Assembly (NCBI GenBank): GCA_963806225.1
Contig: CAWDXG010000004.1
Coordinates: forward strand, 4,928,001-4,992,000
Length of the DNA: 64,000 nucleotides
Source of the DNA: an uncultured delta proteobacterium
GTDB taxonomy: Bacteria > Myxococcota_A > Polyangia > Polyangiales > Polyangiaceae
Direction of reading: 5' to 3'
Shown: piece by piece, positions 41,236 to 51,629 of the stretch
Position numbering within the stretch: the first letter of the stretch is position 1
How the letters are laid out: each line of letters starts with the position of its first letter
Position numbers and translations under genes: made by a program
Notes under the pieces: generated by a model
Databases searched by the model: none
Seen by the model: only the letters and a program-made list of their open reading frames with translations
Told to the model about the DNA's origin: nothing

Positions 41236-41694
41236 ATGGGCGGACATCCGTACTGGTACTTCGTTTCCTACGAGGGTGATGCCGGGCAGGCGCTCGACGC
41301 GCTGAGGGAGCGCGAGTTCCTTGCGGGGCGCTACAACCCGGTGTTGCGCTACATCGAGTTCGACGATCCCGGGTTCTCCGCGCAGCAGCCGGGCCCGCAG
41401 CACGACAGTATCGAGGCAGCCATGGAGGCCGCGCTCGAGGAGGGGACGCGATCGATCCTCGACGTCGAACGCGTAGCGGATGATCCGGACGACGCCGACT
41501 ACGGCGTCGCCGCGCCACTGGCACTGGAGCAGTTGCTGGAGATCTACGGCACCGATCGCCCCACCCGGCGCATGCTCGAAGCGGACCGGAGCTACCTCGA
41601 CGACATCCCGCGCGGCCAGTGCGTCTGGGTCGTCGTCCACGACGACGAAGGCGCGGCGAGCGAGCTCCTGTTCGCGGGGTATTCGTACGACTAG
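41236..41694 (+). CDS. hypothetical acidic protein
   Basis: Clean ORF MGGHPYWYFV..GTRSILD..LFAGYSYD. Confidence 0.7.
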   Translation: MGGHPYWYFVSYEGDAGQALDALREREFLAGRYNPVLRYIEFDDPGFSAQQPGPQHDSIEAAMEAALEEGTRSILDVERVADDPDDADYGVAAPLALEQLLEIYGTDRPTRRMLEADRSYLDDIPRGQCVWVVVHDDEGAASELLFAGYSYD

Positions 41695-41709
41695 AGCAGG
41701 GCGCGCGGT

Positions 41710-42129
41710 TCACGCGGCCTGGCAGAGCGTCATCGCGACCGGCACGCGGTGCAGCAGCCACACGCCGAGCGGCAGGAGCACGATCGTTACGCACAGGATG
41801 TAGCCGACCTTGAACAGGAGCAGGCCGAGCCACCAGCCGACCGCAAAGAACCACACGATGCGGAGCAGCAGCGGCAGCTCGCGCGGGGCCTGGCCGGTGC
41901 TGGGCTCGTGGGGAACCGGCTTGAGCGTCAGGACGTAGGGCAGTCGGTTGAACATGGTCGTGCCGACCGGCAGGAGCACGATCGTGGCGCAGCAGGCGTA
42001 CGCGATCAGGCCCCAGACGAGCGCCGCCCACCAGCCCACGAGCAGGAAGTACAGGACCCGTTCCAACGTCGCGATTCCGCCCTGGCTGTCCGGCATGTCG
42101 TCTCCAAAGGTCGAGAAAGATTGTCCCAT
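41710..42129 (-). CDS. YccF (DUF307) domain membrane protein
   Basis: Two repeats R(V/I)(L/V)(Y/W)F..VGWW....C.TIVLLP.G. Confidence 0.75.
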   Translation of the reverse strand: MGQSFSTFGDDMPDSQGGIATLERVLYFLLVGWWAALVWGLIAYACCATIVLLPVGTTMFNRLPYVLTLKPVPHEPSTGQAPRELPLLLRIVWFFAVGWWLGLLLFKVGYILCVTIVLLPLGVWLLHRVPVAMTLCQAA

Positions 42130-42238
42130 CGGTGGCTCCTTGTTGACTGTTCGTTCCGGGGGCGCGGTTTATTTCAACCGTTTCGTGTCCCGGCCCAGCG
42201 CAGCGGCGTGGCTAGGCAAACCGGGATAGACTGCCGCC

Positions 42239-42964
42239 ATGGCTTGGTCTCGTGGACTCGTGCTGGGTGTGGTGGGTGTGGGGCTTGCGCTTGCGGTCGG
42301 ATGTGGCGGGAACGCCACGTCGGGTAGCGGCGCGACGGGCGGCAGCGGCGCGACGGGCGGCAGCGGCGCGACGGGCGGCAGCGGCGCGACGGGCGGCAGC
42401 GGCGCGACGGGCGGCAGCGGCGCGACGGGCGGCAGCGGCGCGACGGGCGGCAGCGGCGCGACGGGCGGCAGCGGTGGGATCGGTGGCAACTGCAACGCCA
42501 GCGCGAAGAGCTGCACCCAGCCCGCTGACTGCGTGCTCACCGCGGCCAGCTGCTGCGTCTGCGGCGATCCCCAGCTCAGCGACTACGTCTCGATCAACAA
42601 GGCGTACCAGAAGGCGTGCACCTGCCAGGGGCCCGCTTGCGGCTGCGCGGTCCGACCCAATCCGGATCTCGGCGCTACCTGCAAGTCCGGCACGTGCGCT
42701 GGTTTCGACGTGAAGCAGGTCGATGCGCTCTCCGTCTGCACTTCCAAGACGGACTGCACGCTGCGGATCGGCCTCGGATGTTGTCCGGCGTGCCAGTCCA
42801 ACGGCTTCGATGTGATCGCGGTGCGCACCGACGCCGAAGCGGCGCTTGCAAAGCTGGTCTGTGACAACGGCGCGCCCCAGGGTTGCCCTGCCTGCGCGCC
42901 GTCGCCCCCGCCCAACACGCAAGCGGACTGCATCAAGGGGCGCTGCCAGGTCGTGACGCAATAG
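42239..42964 (+). CDS. Cys-rich lipoprotein with (GSGATG)n linker
   Basis: Lipobox AVGC; two Cys-rich modules C....DC.L....CC..C. Confidence 0.8.
   Translation: MAWSRGLVLGVVGVGLALAVGCGGNATSGSGATGGSGATGGSGATGGSGATGGSGATGGSGATGGSGATGGSGATGGSGGIGGNCNASAKSCTQPADCVLTAASCCVCGDPQLSDYVSINKAYQKACTCQGPACGCAVRPNPDLGATCKSGTCAGFDVKQVDALSVCTSKTDCTLRIGLGCCPACQSNGFDVIAVRTDAEAALAKLVCDNGAPQGCPACAPSPPPNTQADCIKGRCQVVTQ
42326..42469 (+). repeat. perfect 18-bp tandem repeat x8
   Basis: agcggcgcgacgggcggc x8 encoding SGATGG. Confidence 0.9.
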
Positions 42965-43027
42965 CGCGAGGCGGAAAGCGCGCATCGCCCTTCTTCTCCG
43001 GCGGGTTCCGGGGCACACTGCCCTCTG

Positions 43028-44021
43028 TTGGCGCGGCAGATTGCGAGGCGGCCGGACCGCGAGGTCTACGAGTTCCACGGCATCATCACGGTGTCGCCGC
43101 AGATGCTCTCCTTCTTCGAGCTTCTGGATCGGGTGGCGCGGACCGACTCGAGCGTGCTCATCCGCGGCGAGACGGGGACCGGCAAGGAGCTGGTAGCCCG
43201 CGCCCTGCACGAGCTGAGCCCGCGCGCGGGGCTGCCCTTCCAGGCGCTGAACTGCGCCACGCTCACGCCCGGGTTGCTCGCCTCGGAGCTGTTCGGGCAC
43301 GTGCGCGGCGCGTTCACCGGCGCCATCCGCGATCGCCGCGGGCTGTTCGCGCAGGCCGACACGGGCAGCATCTTCCTCGACGAGATCGCCGAGATGCCGC
43401 TCGACATCCAGTCGCGGCTCTTGCGCGTGCTGCAGGACCACACCTTCGTGCCGCTGGGCGGCGTGGATCCGATCACTGTCGATGTGAGGCTGGTGTCGGC
43501 GACGCTGCGCTCGCTGCGCGAGGAGGTGCGGGCCGGTCGCTTCCGCGAGGATCTCGATGTACCGCGTGCGCGTAGTGACGCTGCACCTGCCGCGGCTCGC
43601 CGAGCGCGAAGGCGACGTGGAAGCGCTGACCTGGCACTTCATCGACCAGTTCAACGCGCTCGGCTACCGTCACGTCGAAGGCATCGACAAGAAGGCGATG
43701 GAAGCGCTCTTGGCCTATCCGTGGCCCGGCAACGTGCGCGAGCTCCGTAACAACATCGAGCACGCATTCGCGGTGGGTCAGGGACCGGTGCTCGAGTCCC
43801 GCGAGCTGTCATTGGAGCTGCGCGGCTTGCCGCCGCCGACCTCGCACTCGCTGTCGGCGCGTGCAGAGGGTCAGGCGTCCGGCGCCGTGCTCAGCAACGA
43901 GGCCGACCGCATCCGCGACGCCCTGCGCCGCGCCGGCAACAGGAAGGGCGACGCCGCCCGCCTGCTCGGGATGAGCCGCTCCACCTTGTGGCGCAAGATG
44001 CGCGAGCTCAGGATCCCCTAG
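43028..44021 (+). CDS. sigma-54-dependent transcriptional activator without N-terminal sensor (frameshift near 43556)
   Basis: GETGTGKE, ELFGHVRGAFTGA, FLDEI, FREDL[Y]YR, WPGNVREL and Fis HTH AARLLGMSRSTLWRK. Confidence 0.9.
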
Positions 44022-44188
44022 CCAGGCGCCGCGAATCACGCACTTTCGACGCCATTTTCCGAAACGCCGCTGGCAGTCGGCCCGGGCTTGCCCTAAGCCT
44101 TGTCCGGTCGCGCTCCGGCTCGGCGACCGCTTCCGGAGCGCGGGTGTCCACGCTCTGCCCGTCGGGCGCGGCGCGGCCTTGTCCCTGC

Positions 44189-45994
44189 ATGTTCTCCAGA
44201 AAAGACACCAGAGCCAGCGAGATCCCGGTTTCGCTGTGGGGCCAGGCCAAGCGGCATGCGCCTCGCTACGGCGCCGGGATGCTGCTGCTCGCGGTCTACC
44301 AATACGCGCAGTACTTCTTCGACACGCGGCTGATGACAGCCATCGACGCGGCCGTGAAGGGCCGCGCCGCGTACGCCACGCACATCGGCATCATCCTGGT
44401 GAGCGTGGCGATGGGCGCGTTCGGCATCCGGGTGATGTCGCGCATGGCCATCTTCAACGGCGGCCGCATCGCGGAGTACGAGCTCAGGAAAGCTCTGCTC
44501 GACCGGCTGCAGCGCCTCGGCCCGTCCTTCTACCGGCGCATGAGCACCGGCGAGATCATGAGCCGGGTCACCAACGATCTCGCCCAGGTCCGCCTGCTGC
44601 TCGGTTTCGGCATCCTGAACAGCTTCAACACGCTGTTCGGGCTGATCAGCGCTTTCTCCGTAACGCTCTCCATCTCCTGGAAGCTCACCCTGGCGTCGCT
44701 CTCGTCGCTGCCGCTGCTCCTGGTCGTCACCCGCCGCTTCTCCAAGCTGATGTACACGCGCACGCGCGCCAACCAGGACGCCATCGGGCGCATGAGCGAA
44801 CGTGTGCAGTCGAGCATCGCCGGGGTGCGCGTGGTCCGCTCCTTCGCGCTCGAATCCTCGGAGCTCGAGCACTTCGAGGAGCGGAACCAGGACTATCTGG
44901 AAAAGAGCCTGTCCCTGGCACGCCTGCGCGGTTCGATGGGTCCGGTGATGCAGGCCATCAGCACCATCGGCATCGTGATCGTGTTCTGGTACGGCGGCTA
45001 CCTCGTCCTTCACGGCCAGCTCACCGAGGGCGGCTTCCTGGCGTTCTACCGCGCGCTGGCGCGCTTGACCTGGCCGCTCATCGCGCTCGGCTTCCTCGTC
45101 GGCATGGTGCAGCGCGGCCGCGCCGCCTACTCGCGACTGAGGATGGTGTTCGACGCCGAGCCGGACATCGCCGACGGTCCGCTGGCCGCGCCCGAGCGCG
45201 TGGAAGGCCGGCTCGACGTGCAGCATCTGTCGTTTTCCTACGGCGATCAGCCTGTGCTGCGCGACGTGAGCTTCGAGCTGCTGGCGGGCGGTTCGCTGGC
45301 GATTGTCGGGCGCACCGGCAGCGGAAAATCCACGCTCGCGGTGCTCTTGCCGCGGCTGCAGCCCACGCCGCCGGGGACGGTCTTCCTCGACGGCAACGAC
45401 ATCTGCGATCTACCGCTGTCCGTCGTGCGTGGCAGCATCGGCTACGCGCAGCAGACGCCGTTCCTGTTCTCGACCACCGTGGGCCGCAACATCGGCTACG
45501 CGCTTGACGATCCCGACTCGCAGCCGTCGCTGATGACCGTCCGCGAGGCCGCCGCCGAGGCACACATCCTCGACGAGGTGCTGGGGCTGCCCGACGGCTT
45601 CGACACCGTGGTCGGCGAGCGCGGCGTGCAGCTCTCGGGCGGCCAGAAACAGCGCGTGGCGCTGGCCCGCGCGTTCGTCTCGGAGCCGAAAGTCCTGCTG
45701 CTCGACGACCCGCTGAGCGCCGTGGACGCGCGCACCGAGAAGGGCATCCTCGAAGCTATCGACCGCGAGCGCGAAAGGCGCGGCGTGATTCTGATCACGC
45801 ACCGGGTGGCCGCCGCGGCCCGCTGCGACCGCATCATCGTGATGGACAAGGGCCGCGTCGTCGAACGCGGCACCCACGACGAGCTGGTGCAGGCGGGCGG
45901 CCTCTACGCCGAGTTCGCCGAGGAGCAGCGCATCGAGAGCGAGCTCGACCGCCTGGGCGCCGAGGAGCTCGCCGCCGTGGAGGCGCCGCGATGA
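44189..45994 (+). CDS. ABC exporter TMD-NBD subunit (MdlA/YheI-like)
   Basis: Six-TM domain, GRTGSGKS, GERGVQLSGGQKQR, degenerate Walker B LLLDD. Confidence 0.92.
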   Translation: MFSRKDTRASEIPVSLWGQAKRHAPRYGAGMLLLAVYQYAQYFFDTRLMTAIDAAVKGRAAYATHIGIILVSVAMGAFGIRVMSRMAIFNGGRIAEYELRKALLDRLQRLGPSFYRRMSTGEIMSRVTNDLAQVRLLLGFGILNSFNTLFGLISAFSVTLSISWKLTLASLSSLPLLLVVTRRFSKLMYTRTRANQDAIGRMSERVQSSIAGVRVVRSFALESSELEHFEERNQDYLEKSLSLARLRGSMGPVMQAISTIGIVIVFWYGGYLVLHGQLTEGGFLAFYRALARLTWPLIALGFLVGMVQRGRAAYSRLRMVFDAEPDIADGPLAAPERVEGRLDVQHLSFSYGDQPVLRDVSFELLAGGSLAIVGRTGSGKSTLAVLLPRLQPTPPGTVFLDGNDICDLPLSVVRGSIGYAQQTPFLFSTTVGRNIGYALDDPDSQPSLMTVREAAAEAHILDEVLGLPDGFDTVVGERGVQLSGGQKQRVALARAFVSEPKVLLLDDPLSAVDARTEKGILEAIDRERERRGVILITHRVAAAARCDRIIVMDKGRVVERGTHDELVQAGGLYAEFAEEQRIESELDRLGAEELAAVEAPR

Positions 45995-47909
45995 CCACAC
46001 CTCCGCCGTCAGAGAGCTCCGGCGCGCTGCCGTCGGCCGAGGACAACCCCCGGGAGACAACGTCGCCCGCACCGAGCAGGTCCTGCGCGCCTTCCACGAG
46101 GAAGTCACGCTGGGCAAGGCCTACGACTCGCGGCTCATCGGCAAGCTCTGGCCTTTCGTCAGGCCGCACCGGCGGCTACTGTGGATGGCGCTGATCGTCC
46201 TGCTGTTCACCGCGGCGGGTGGGCTGGTGCGCCCGCTGATCATGCGCGAGGCCATCGACCAGGGCGTGCTCAAGCACGACTCCGGCGTGCTGATGCGCGG
46301 CGGCTTCCTTCTGGCCGGCGTGGTCCTGACCGTGCAGATCCTGAACTTCGTCCAGATCTATACGATGCAGATCGTGGGCGCCCGGGCCATGGCCGACCTC
46401 AGGCGCCACGTGTTCTCGTTCCTGCACGGCCTCAGGCTCGGCTTCTTCGACAACCAGCCCGTCGGACGTCTGGTCACCCGCGTGACCAACGACGTGGACG
46501 CCGTGCTCGAGTTGTTCGCGTCCGGCGCGATGAACGCCTTCGGCGATCTAGTGAAGCTCGTCGGCATCGTCATCCTGATGCTGATCATGGACTGGAAGCT
46601 CTCGCTCATCGCCTTTGCCGCGACGCCGCCGGTGGCCATCCTGGTGGTCGCGGTCCGGCGCAGATCGCGCCAGGCCTTCCGCGACATCCGCGCCAAGACG
46701 GCGCGCATGAACGCGAACATGAACGAGCAGGTCTCGGGAATGAGCGTGGTGCAGGCCTACAGTCACGAAGAGGGCGCCGCGCGCGAGTTCGACGAGATCA
46801 ACGCCGCCTACCTCGACGCGAATATCCGCTCCATCAAGTACGAGGCGACGCAGGATGCCGCGATCGAGACCGTTGCTTCGATCTGCCTTGCGTCGATCGT
46901 CGTCTCGCTGGGCTACCGGCCGGTGAGCTTCGGCACCGTGGTGGCGTTCAATGCCTACCTGGTGCAGTTCTTCGAGCCCATCAGCCAGCTGGCCCAGCGC
47001 TACACGCTCTTGCAGAGCGCGATGGCCGGCGCCGAGCGCATCTTCGGTCTGCTGGAGGAGAACGCGCCGGACGCGCCGGTGAGAGCCGAGGTGGCCGAAC
47101 CGGGCGACTCCGATCTGGCCTTCGAGCTCGAGGACGTGAGCTTCGAGTACAAGCCGAACGTCCCCGTGCTCAGGCACGTCAGCTTCCGCGCGCGCCGCGG
47201 CGAGAAGATCGCGCTGGTCGGGCCCACCGGCGCCGGCAAGACCACGATCACGGCGCTCTTGCTCCGGCTGTACGAGGCGCAGGAGGGCGTGGTGCGCGTC
47301 GACGGCGACGACGTGGCGGGGCTCGAACGCACTGAGCTCCGGCGGCGCTTCGCGGTCGTGCCGCAGGACGTGTTCCTGTTCCCGGGCACGGTGTCCACGA
47401 ACATCGCGGCCAGCGCTACGCCGGATCGCGAGCGCGTCGAGGAAGCGCTCCGGCGCATCGGCGCGCTCGATCTGTTCGAGGGCCGCGAGGGCGGCATCGA
47501 CGCGATCATCGAGGAGCACGGTGGCAATTTCTCTGCCGGCGAGCGGCAGCTCATCGCCTTCGCCCGGGCGCTCTACCGCGACGCGCCCATCCTGATCCTC
47601 GACGAGGCGACGGCCAGCGTGGATAGCGCGACCGAGGCGCGGTTGCAGCGCGCGCTGGAAGAGCTGATGCGCGGTCGGACCGCGCTCATCATCGCCCACC
47701 GCCTCAGCACCATCCGCAAGGCGGATCGCATCGTCGTGTTCCACAAGGGACGCATCGCGGAACAGGGGCGCCACGAGGAGTTGCTCCAGGAGGGTGGCTT
47801 GTACGCCCGCCTACATGAATTGCAGTTCGCGCGGCGGGAGTCTGCCGGCGCACTGCAGCCGCCGGCAGAGGGCGCGGGTGCGCGCCAGGGAGCCGGCACC
47901 GGCGGATAG
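45991..47909 (+). CDS. ABC exporter TMD-NBD subunit (MdlB/YheH-like; 5' frameshift near 46055)
   Basis: FHEE..LGKAYD, GRLVTRVTND, GPTGAGKT, FSAGERQL, ILDEAT and IAHRLST. Confidence 0.92.
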
Positions 47910-47948
47910 TTTCCCGGGCGCCCCGGGGTCCGGGCTAGTCTTGCAGCC

Positions 47949-48470
47949 ATGAAAACCCAGGAACTCCGCGCTCGGCAGGCGCCGTTGAAGGACCGCTACC
48001 GCGAGGATCCCGGGTCGGCGCTCGTGACGCTGAGCGCCGAGGGCGAGCTCGACGTGACTTTCGTCGCGTGCCGCGTACCGACGTTCAACGGCGAGGCGCG
48101 GTCTGGCCTGCACCCCGCGACGGGCGGCGACGGCAATGAAGCGTGCTCGGGTGACATGCTGCTCCAGGCGCTGGTCGCGTGCGCGGGGGTCACACTGGGA
48201 GCCGTGGCCACGGCCATGGGCATCGAGATCCACGGCGGCAAGGTGCGCGCGGAAGGCGAGATCGATTTCCGCGGTACGCTCGGCGTCTCCCGCGAAGTCC
48301 CAGTCGGGTTCACCGGGATCCGGCTCTTGTTCGCGCTCGACACCGACGCGGCGCCCGAGCGCCTGCACAAGCTCATGGAGTTGACGGAGCGCTACTGTGT
48401 CGTCTTCCAGACGCTGCGTTCCGGACTGGAAGTCACGTGCAGCCTGGAGCGGCAGGCTCAGTTGCCGTAG
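47949..48470 (+). CDS. OsmC/Ohr family protein
   Basis: GLHPATGG, CSGDMLL.AL.AC.GVT, EG..DFRGTLG and TERYCVV.QTL. Confidence 0.88.
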   Translation: MKTQELRARQAPLKDRYREDPGSALVTLSAEGELDVTFVACRVPTFNGEARSGLHPATGGDGNEACSGDMLLQALVACAGVTLGAVATAMGIEIHGGKVRAEGEIDFRGTLGVSREVPVGFTGIRLLFALDTDAAPERLHKLMELTERYCVVFQTLRSGLEVTCSLERQAQLP

Positions 48471-50047
48471 CTTCGCCGGACCAGGTCTGCCGCCTTTTCC
48501 GCGATCATGATCGTCGGCGCGTTGGTGTTGCCGCGGACGATGCGGGGCATGATGGAGGCGTCGGCGACGCGCAGGCCCGTCAGGCCGTGCACGCGGAGCT
48601 CGGAGTCGACCACTTTGGCCTCGCCGGCGCCCATGCTGCACGTGCCGACGGGGTGGTAGATGGATTCGGCGGCTGTGCGCAGCCAGGCGCGGAGCCCCGC
48701 CTTGCCCGAGACGTTGCGTCCCGGCGTGGCCTCCGCGCCGGTGACGCGCGAAAGCGACGTGGCCGACGCGATCTGTCGCGCGAGCTTCACGCCGCGCGTG
48801 AGCAGATCCGCGTCCGCCCGGGCCTCGAGGTAGTGCGGATCGATGGCGGGCGCTTCGAGCGGATCGGGCGAGCGCAGGCGCACTTCACCGCGGCTTTCCG
48901 GCTGCAGCACAGTGGGCAGAATGCACAGGCCGTGGCCCGCCGGGCGCGTGAGCCCGTGGTCGTACAGCTGCCCCGGCAGAAAGTGGAACTGCAGGTCGGG
49001 CGCTGGAAGGTCGGCCCGGGTCTTCACGAAGCCGCCCGCTTCCACCAGGTGCGAGGCGAGCGGCCCCTTTCGAAGGAGCGCGTAGTTCAGGAGGTTCTTC
49101 GGCGAGTCCATCCCGTCGAGCGTTTCGGCGCCGGCGACGTGGTAGTTCACGTACGCCGTCACGTGATCCTGCAAATTCTTTCCGACGCCGGGTAGGTCGC
49201 GCACGACGGGAATGCCGTGTTCGCGGAGCTCCGCCGCCGGGCCCACGCCGGAGAGCAACAGCAGCTGCGGCGAATTGATGGCGCCGCCGCACAGGATCAC
49301 CTCGCGCTTGGCGCGCGCGAAGCGCGGCCTGCCGCCATCCACCGCGTAGTCGACTCCGATGCAGTGGTCGCCCTCGAAAGAGAGCCCGAGCGCGCGCGCT
49401 CCGGTGAGCACGGTGAGGTTCTTGCGCTTCAGCGCCGGCACCAGGTAGGCCGTCGCCGTGCTCTGGCGCACGCCGCGCTTGAGCGTGGCCTGGAACAGCC
49501 CGAAGCCGAGCTGCGTCGCGCCGTTGAAGTCCGGGTTGAACGGATACCCGCACTCGTTGGCCGCGCGCACGAAGGCCAGGCTCAGCGGCATCGGTGCCGG
49601 TAGATCGGAGACATGCAGCGGCCCGCCGGTGGCGTGGAAGGCCGACGCCCCGCGCGCCTGGTCCTCCGCCTTCTTGAAGAAGGGCAGCACCTCTTCCCAG
49701 CTCCAGCCCCGGCAGCCCGCCTCTGCCCAGCCGTCGTAGTCGCGCCGGTGGCCGCGGATGTACACCATGCGGTTGATGGCGCTGGTGCCGCCCAGCGTCT
49801 TTCCGCGTGGCCAGTACAGCCGGCGTCCCTTCAGGAAGGGCTGCGGCTCCGTCTCGTAGTTCCAGTCGTACTCCGTCTTGTAGAGCGCGCCCGAAGCCGC
49901 CGGCATGTGCACGCGGCGATCGCGGTCAGGGCCGCCCGCTTCCAGCAGCAGCACCCGCGCGCGCCCGTTCTCGCTCAAGCGCGCCGCCAGCACCGCCCCC
50001 GCCGATCCCGCGCCGACAACGATGTAGTCGAAAGCCCTCCTGAACAT
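48458..50047 (-). CDS. GMC oxidoreductase (choline dehydrogenase-like)
   Basis: [43 protein letters not shown] and [13 protein letters not shown]. Confidence 0.93.
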   Translation of the reverse strand: MFRRAFDYIVVGAGSAGAVLAARLSENGRARVLLLEAGGPDRDRRVHMPAASGALYKTEYDWNYETEPQPFLKGRRLYWPRGKTLGGTSAINRMVYIRGHRRDYDGWAEAGCRGWSWEEVLPFFKKAEDQARGASAFHATGGPLHVSDLPAPMPLSLAFVRAANECGYPFNPDFNGATQLGFGLFQATLKRGVRQSTATAYLVPALKRKNLTVLTGARALGLSFEGDHCIGVDYAVDGGRPRFARAKREVILCGGAINSPQLLLLSGVGPAAELREHGIPVVRDLPGVGKNLQDHVTAYVNYHVAGAETLDGMDSPKNLLNYALLRKGPLASHLVEAGGFVKTRADLPAPDLQFHFLPGQLYDHGLTRPAGHGLCILPTVLQPESRGEVRLRSPDPLEAPAIDPHYLEARADADLLTRGVKLARQIASATSLSRVTGAEATPGRNVSGKAGLRAWLRTAAESIYHPVGTCSMGAGEAKVVDSELRVHGLTGLRVADASIMPRIVRGNTNAPTIMIAEKAADLVRRSYGN

Positions 50048-50094
50048 CGCGCGCAGGCTAGACCACCGGTTGCCGTGCCGCTAGCAGAGCGCGT

Positions 50095-50586
50095 TCAGTC
50101 CGTTCCCGCGTCCTTCGCGCTCGGCCCTTCGAGCGAGCGGATGCCGACCCACAGCCAGTACTCGGCGCAGGTGTCGTTGCGGAGCTGGACGTACTCCGGC
50201 GTCTTCGCTTCGATGATGACCGCGTTGCCCGCGGCGGGCGAGGAGTTGCCGACCGCGCCGTCGGGGTGCAGCGGGTGCTCCTCGAAGCCGAGGTCCGTAT
50301 CCACCATGAGCTGGTCTGTTCCCAGCCCGTGGTAGAGCCGATATCGACGCCCGGGTGGGAAATGCAGCCAGGCAGCCTGTGGGTCGGTGCTTTCGTAGGT
50401 GGTCGGCGACGGATTCAGCCCGTCCTTGTACGCGACCGGAGCCTGCCCGCTGGTGTCGCACGTCGAGCCACAGCCGGTGGAGACGGTGCCGACCATCAGT
50501 GCGGCGAGCGCGACCACGACGGAGAGCGCGAGGCTCCGCGCGACCCAGCGCGAGCAACAACGCGACGGTGAGTCGGACCGTGTCAT
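50095..50586 (-). CDS. hypothetical lipoprotein
   Basis: Hydrophobic signal ending STGC; H.LG..and VQLRNDTCAEY. Confidence 0.6.
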   Translation of the reverse strand: MTRSDSPSRCCSRWVARSLALSVVVALAALMVGTVSTGCGSTCDTSGQAPVAYKDGLNPSPTTYESTDPQAAWLHFPPGRRYRLYHGLGTDQLMVDTDLGFEEHPLHPDGAVGNSSPAAGNAVIIEAKTPEYVQLRNDTCAEYWLWVGIRSLEGPSAKDAGTD

Positions 50587-50632
50587 CGACGGGCCTCGTA
50601 GCACGGCGCCGCGCAGGTTTCGATTGCCCGCG

Positions 50633-51478
50633 CTACTCGAACCAGCCCATCACGATGGCGCGCTCGGCCAGTGCGTCGAGCACGTCCTCGGCGCGGGCGA
50701 CCTCGCGTGCGCGGAAGGGCCGCCAGCGGCGGCCGAGCTCCAGGATGGCCGCGAGCCGCCCGTGCATGCAGAGCGGGACCATGGCCACGCCGCGCGGCGC
50801 GGGAATGCAGCGCCCGATGCGGCCGGCGATGTAGCGCCCGGCTTCACCCAGCTGCGGCTCGCCCATGACCGTGTGGCCGTCCTGGGCGGCGAGCAGCGCC
50901 ACGTCCTCGGGCAGCAGCCGCTCGCCGAGCAGTAGCTCCGCGTTCGGACCGTGCGCGAAGGCCGTGACCGTGGCGTCGAGATCGATCCGGACACGGTGGA
51001 TGAGCCCGATGTGCGCCGCGGCCGCCGTGACGGCGGTGGACAGCGCCAGCAGCAGCGCCTCGTCCAGATCATTGGCGCTCTGGAGCACGCCGACGGGATC
51101 GACCGGCACGGGGCGTATCGACGGAGGCCGCGCGTCGGGATCCGGCGCAGGATTGGAGAGCTCGGCCGAGCTGGGCGGCGGCGGTGCCTCGTTGTGCACG
51201 CTGCTCGCGCGTTCCTCGAAGCTGGAGCTGATACCGGCCAGGTGCTGCACCGTTTCGCGGCGGCCCGCGGCGGTCAGTGCCTCGATGTCTTCCAGCCGGC
51301 GCCACACCTTCCACGACTCGTGGCGGATGAACGAGCCGGGCGGGATGCGCCCTTCGGCGACGCCCCGGCCGAGCAGATCGAAGCTCACCGGGCCCACTGC
51401 CACGACGCCGTTGGTGACGTACCACCTGTCGGCGACACTCATGTCGTCCAGCAGCTCTATGTCCACCGCATGCACCAT
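50633..51478 (-). CDS. GYF_2 (DUF4339)-like plus GAF-like domain protein
   Basis: WYV....VGPV....L......G.I......W..W N-terminus; C-terminal AMVPL..GRLAAILELG..PF...E. Confidence 0.55.
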   Translation of the reverse strand: MVHAVDIELLDDMSVADRWYVTNGVVAVGPVSFDLLGRGVAEGRIPPGSFIRHESWKVWRRLEDIEALTAAGRRETVQHLAGISSSFEERASSVHNEAPPPPSSAELSNPAPDPDARPPSIRPVPVDPVGVLQSANDLDEALLLALSTAVTAAAAHIGLIHRVRIDLDATVTAFAHGPNAELLLGERLLPEDVALLAAQDGHTVMGEPQLGEAGRYIAGRIGRCIPAPRGVAMVPLCMHGRLAAILELGRRWRPFRAREVARAEDVLDALAERAIVMGWFE

Positions 51479-51629
51479 GTGCCCCCTGTCGGATAGTGTG
51501 CAGCGTGTGCCTACAGCCACACACAGGGTGGGAGGATTGTCTTCATTGTCGGACAGCTGTCAAGGCATTATCTGGCCGATGGGCCGACGCACTGCGGCAT
51601 TTCGGTGCTCTACTTGATCCGCTAGCGAG

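Noticed and set aside
44071..44095. Sigma-54 promoter upstream of the ABC exporter
   Set aside because: GG to GC spacing is 9 nt rather than the required 10
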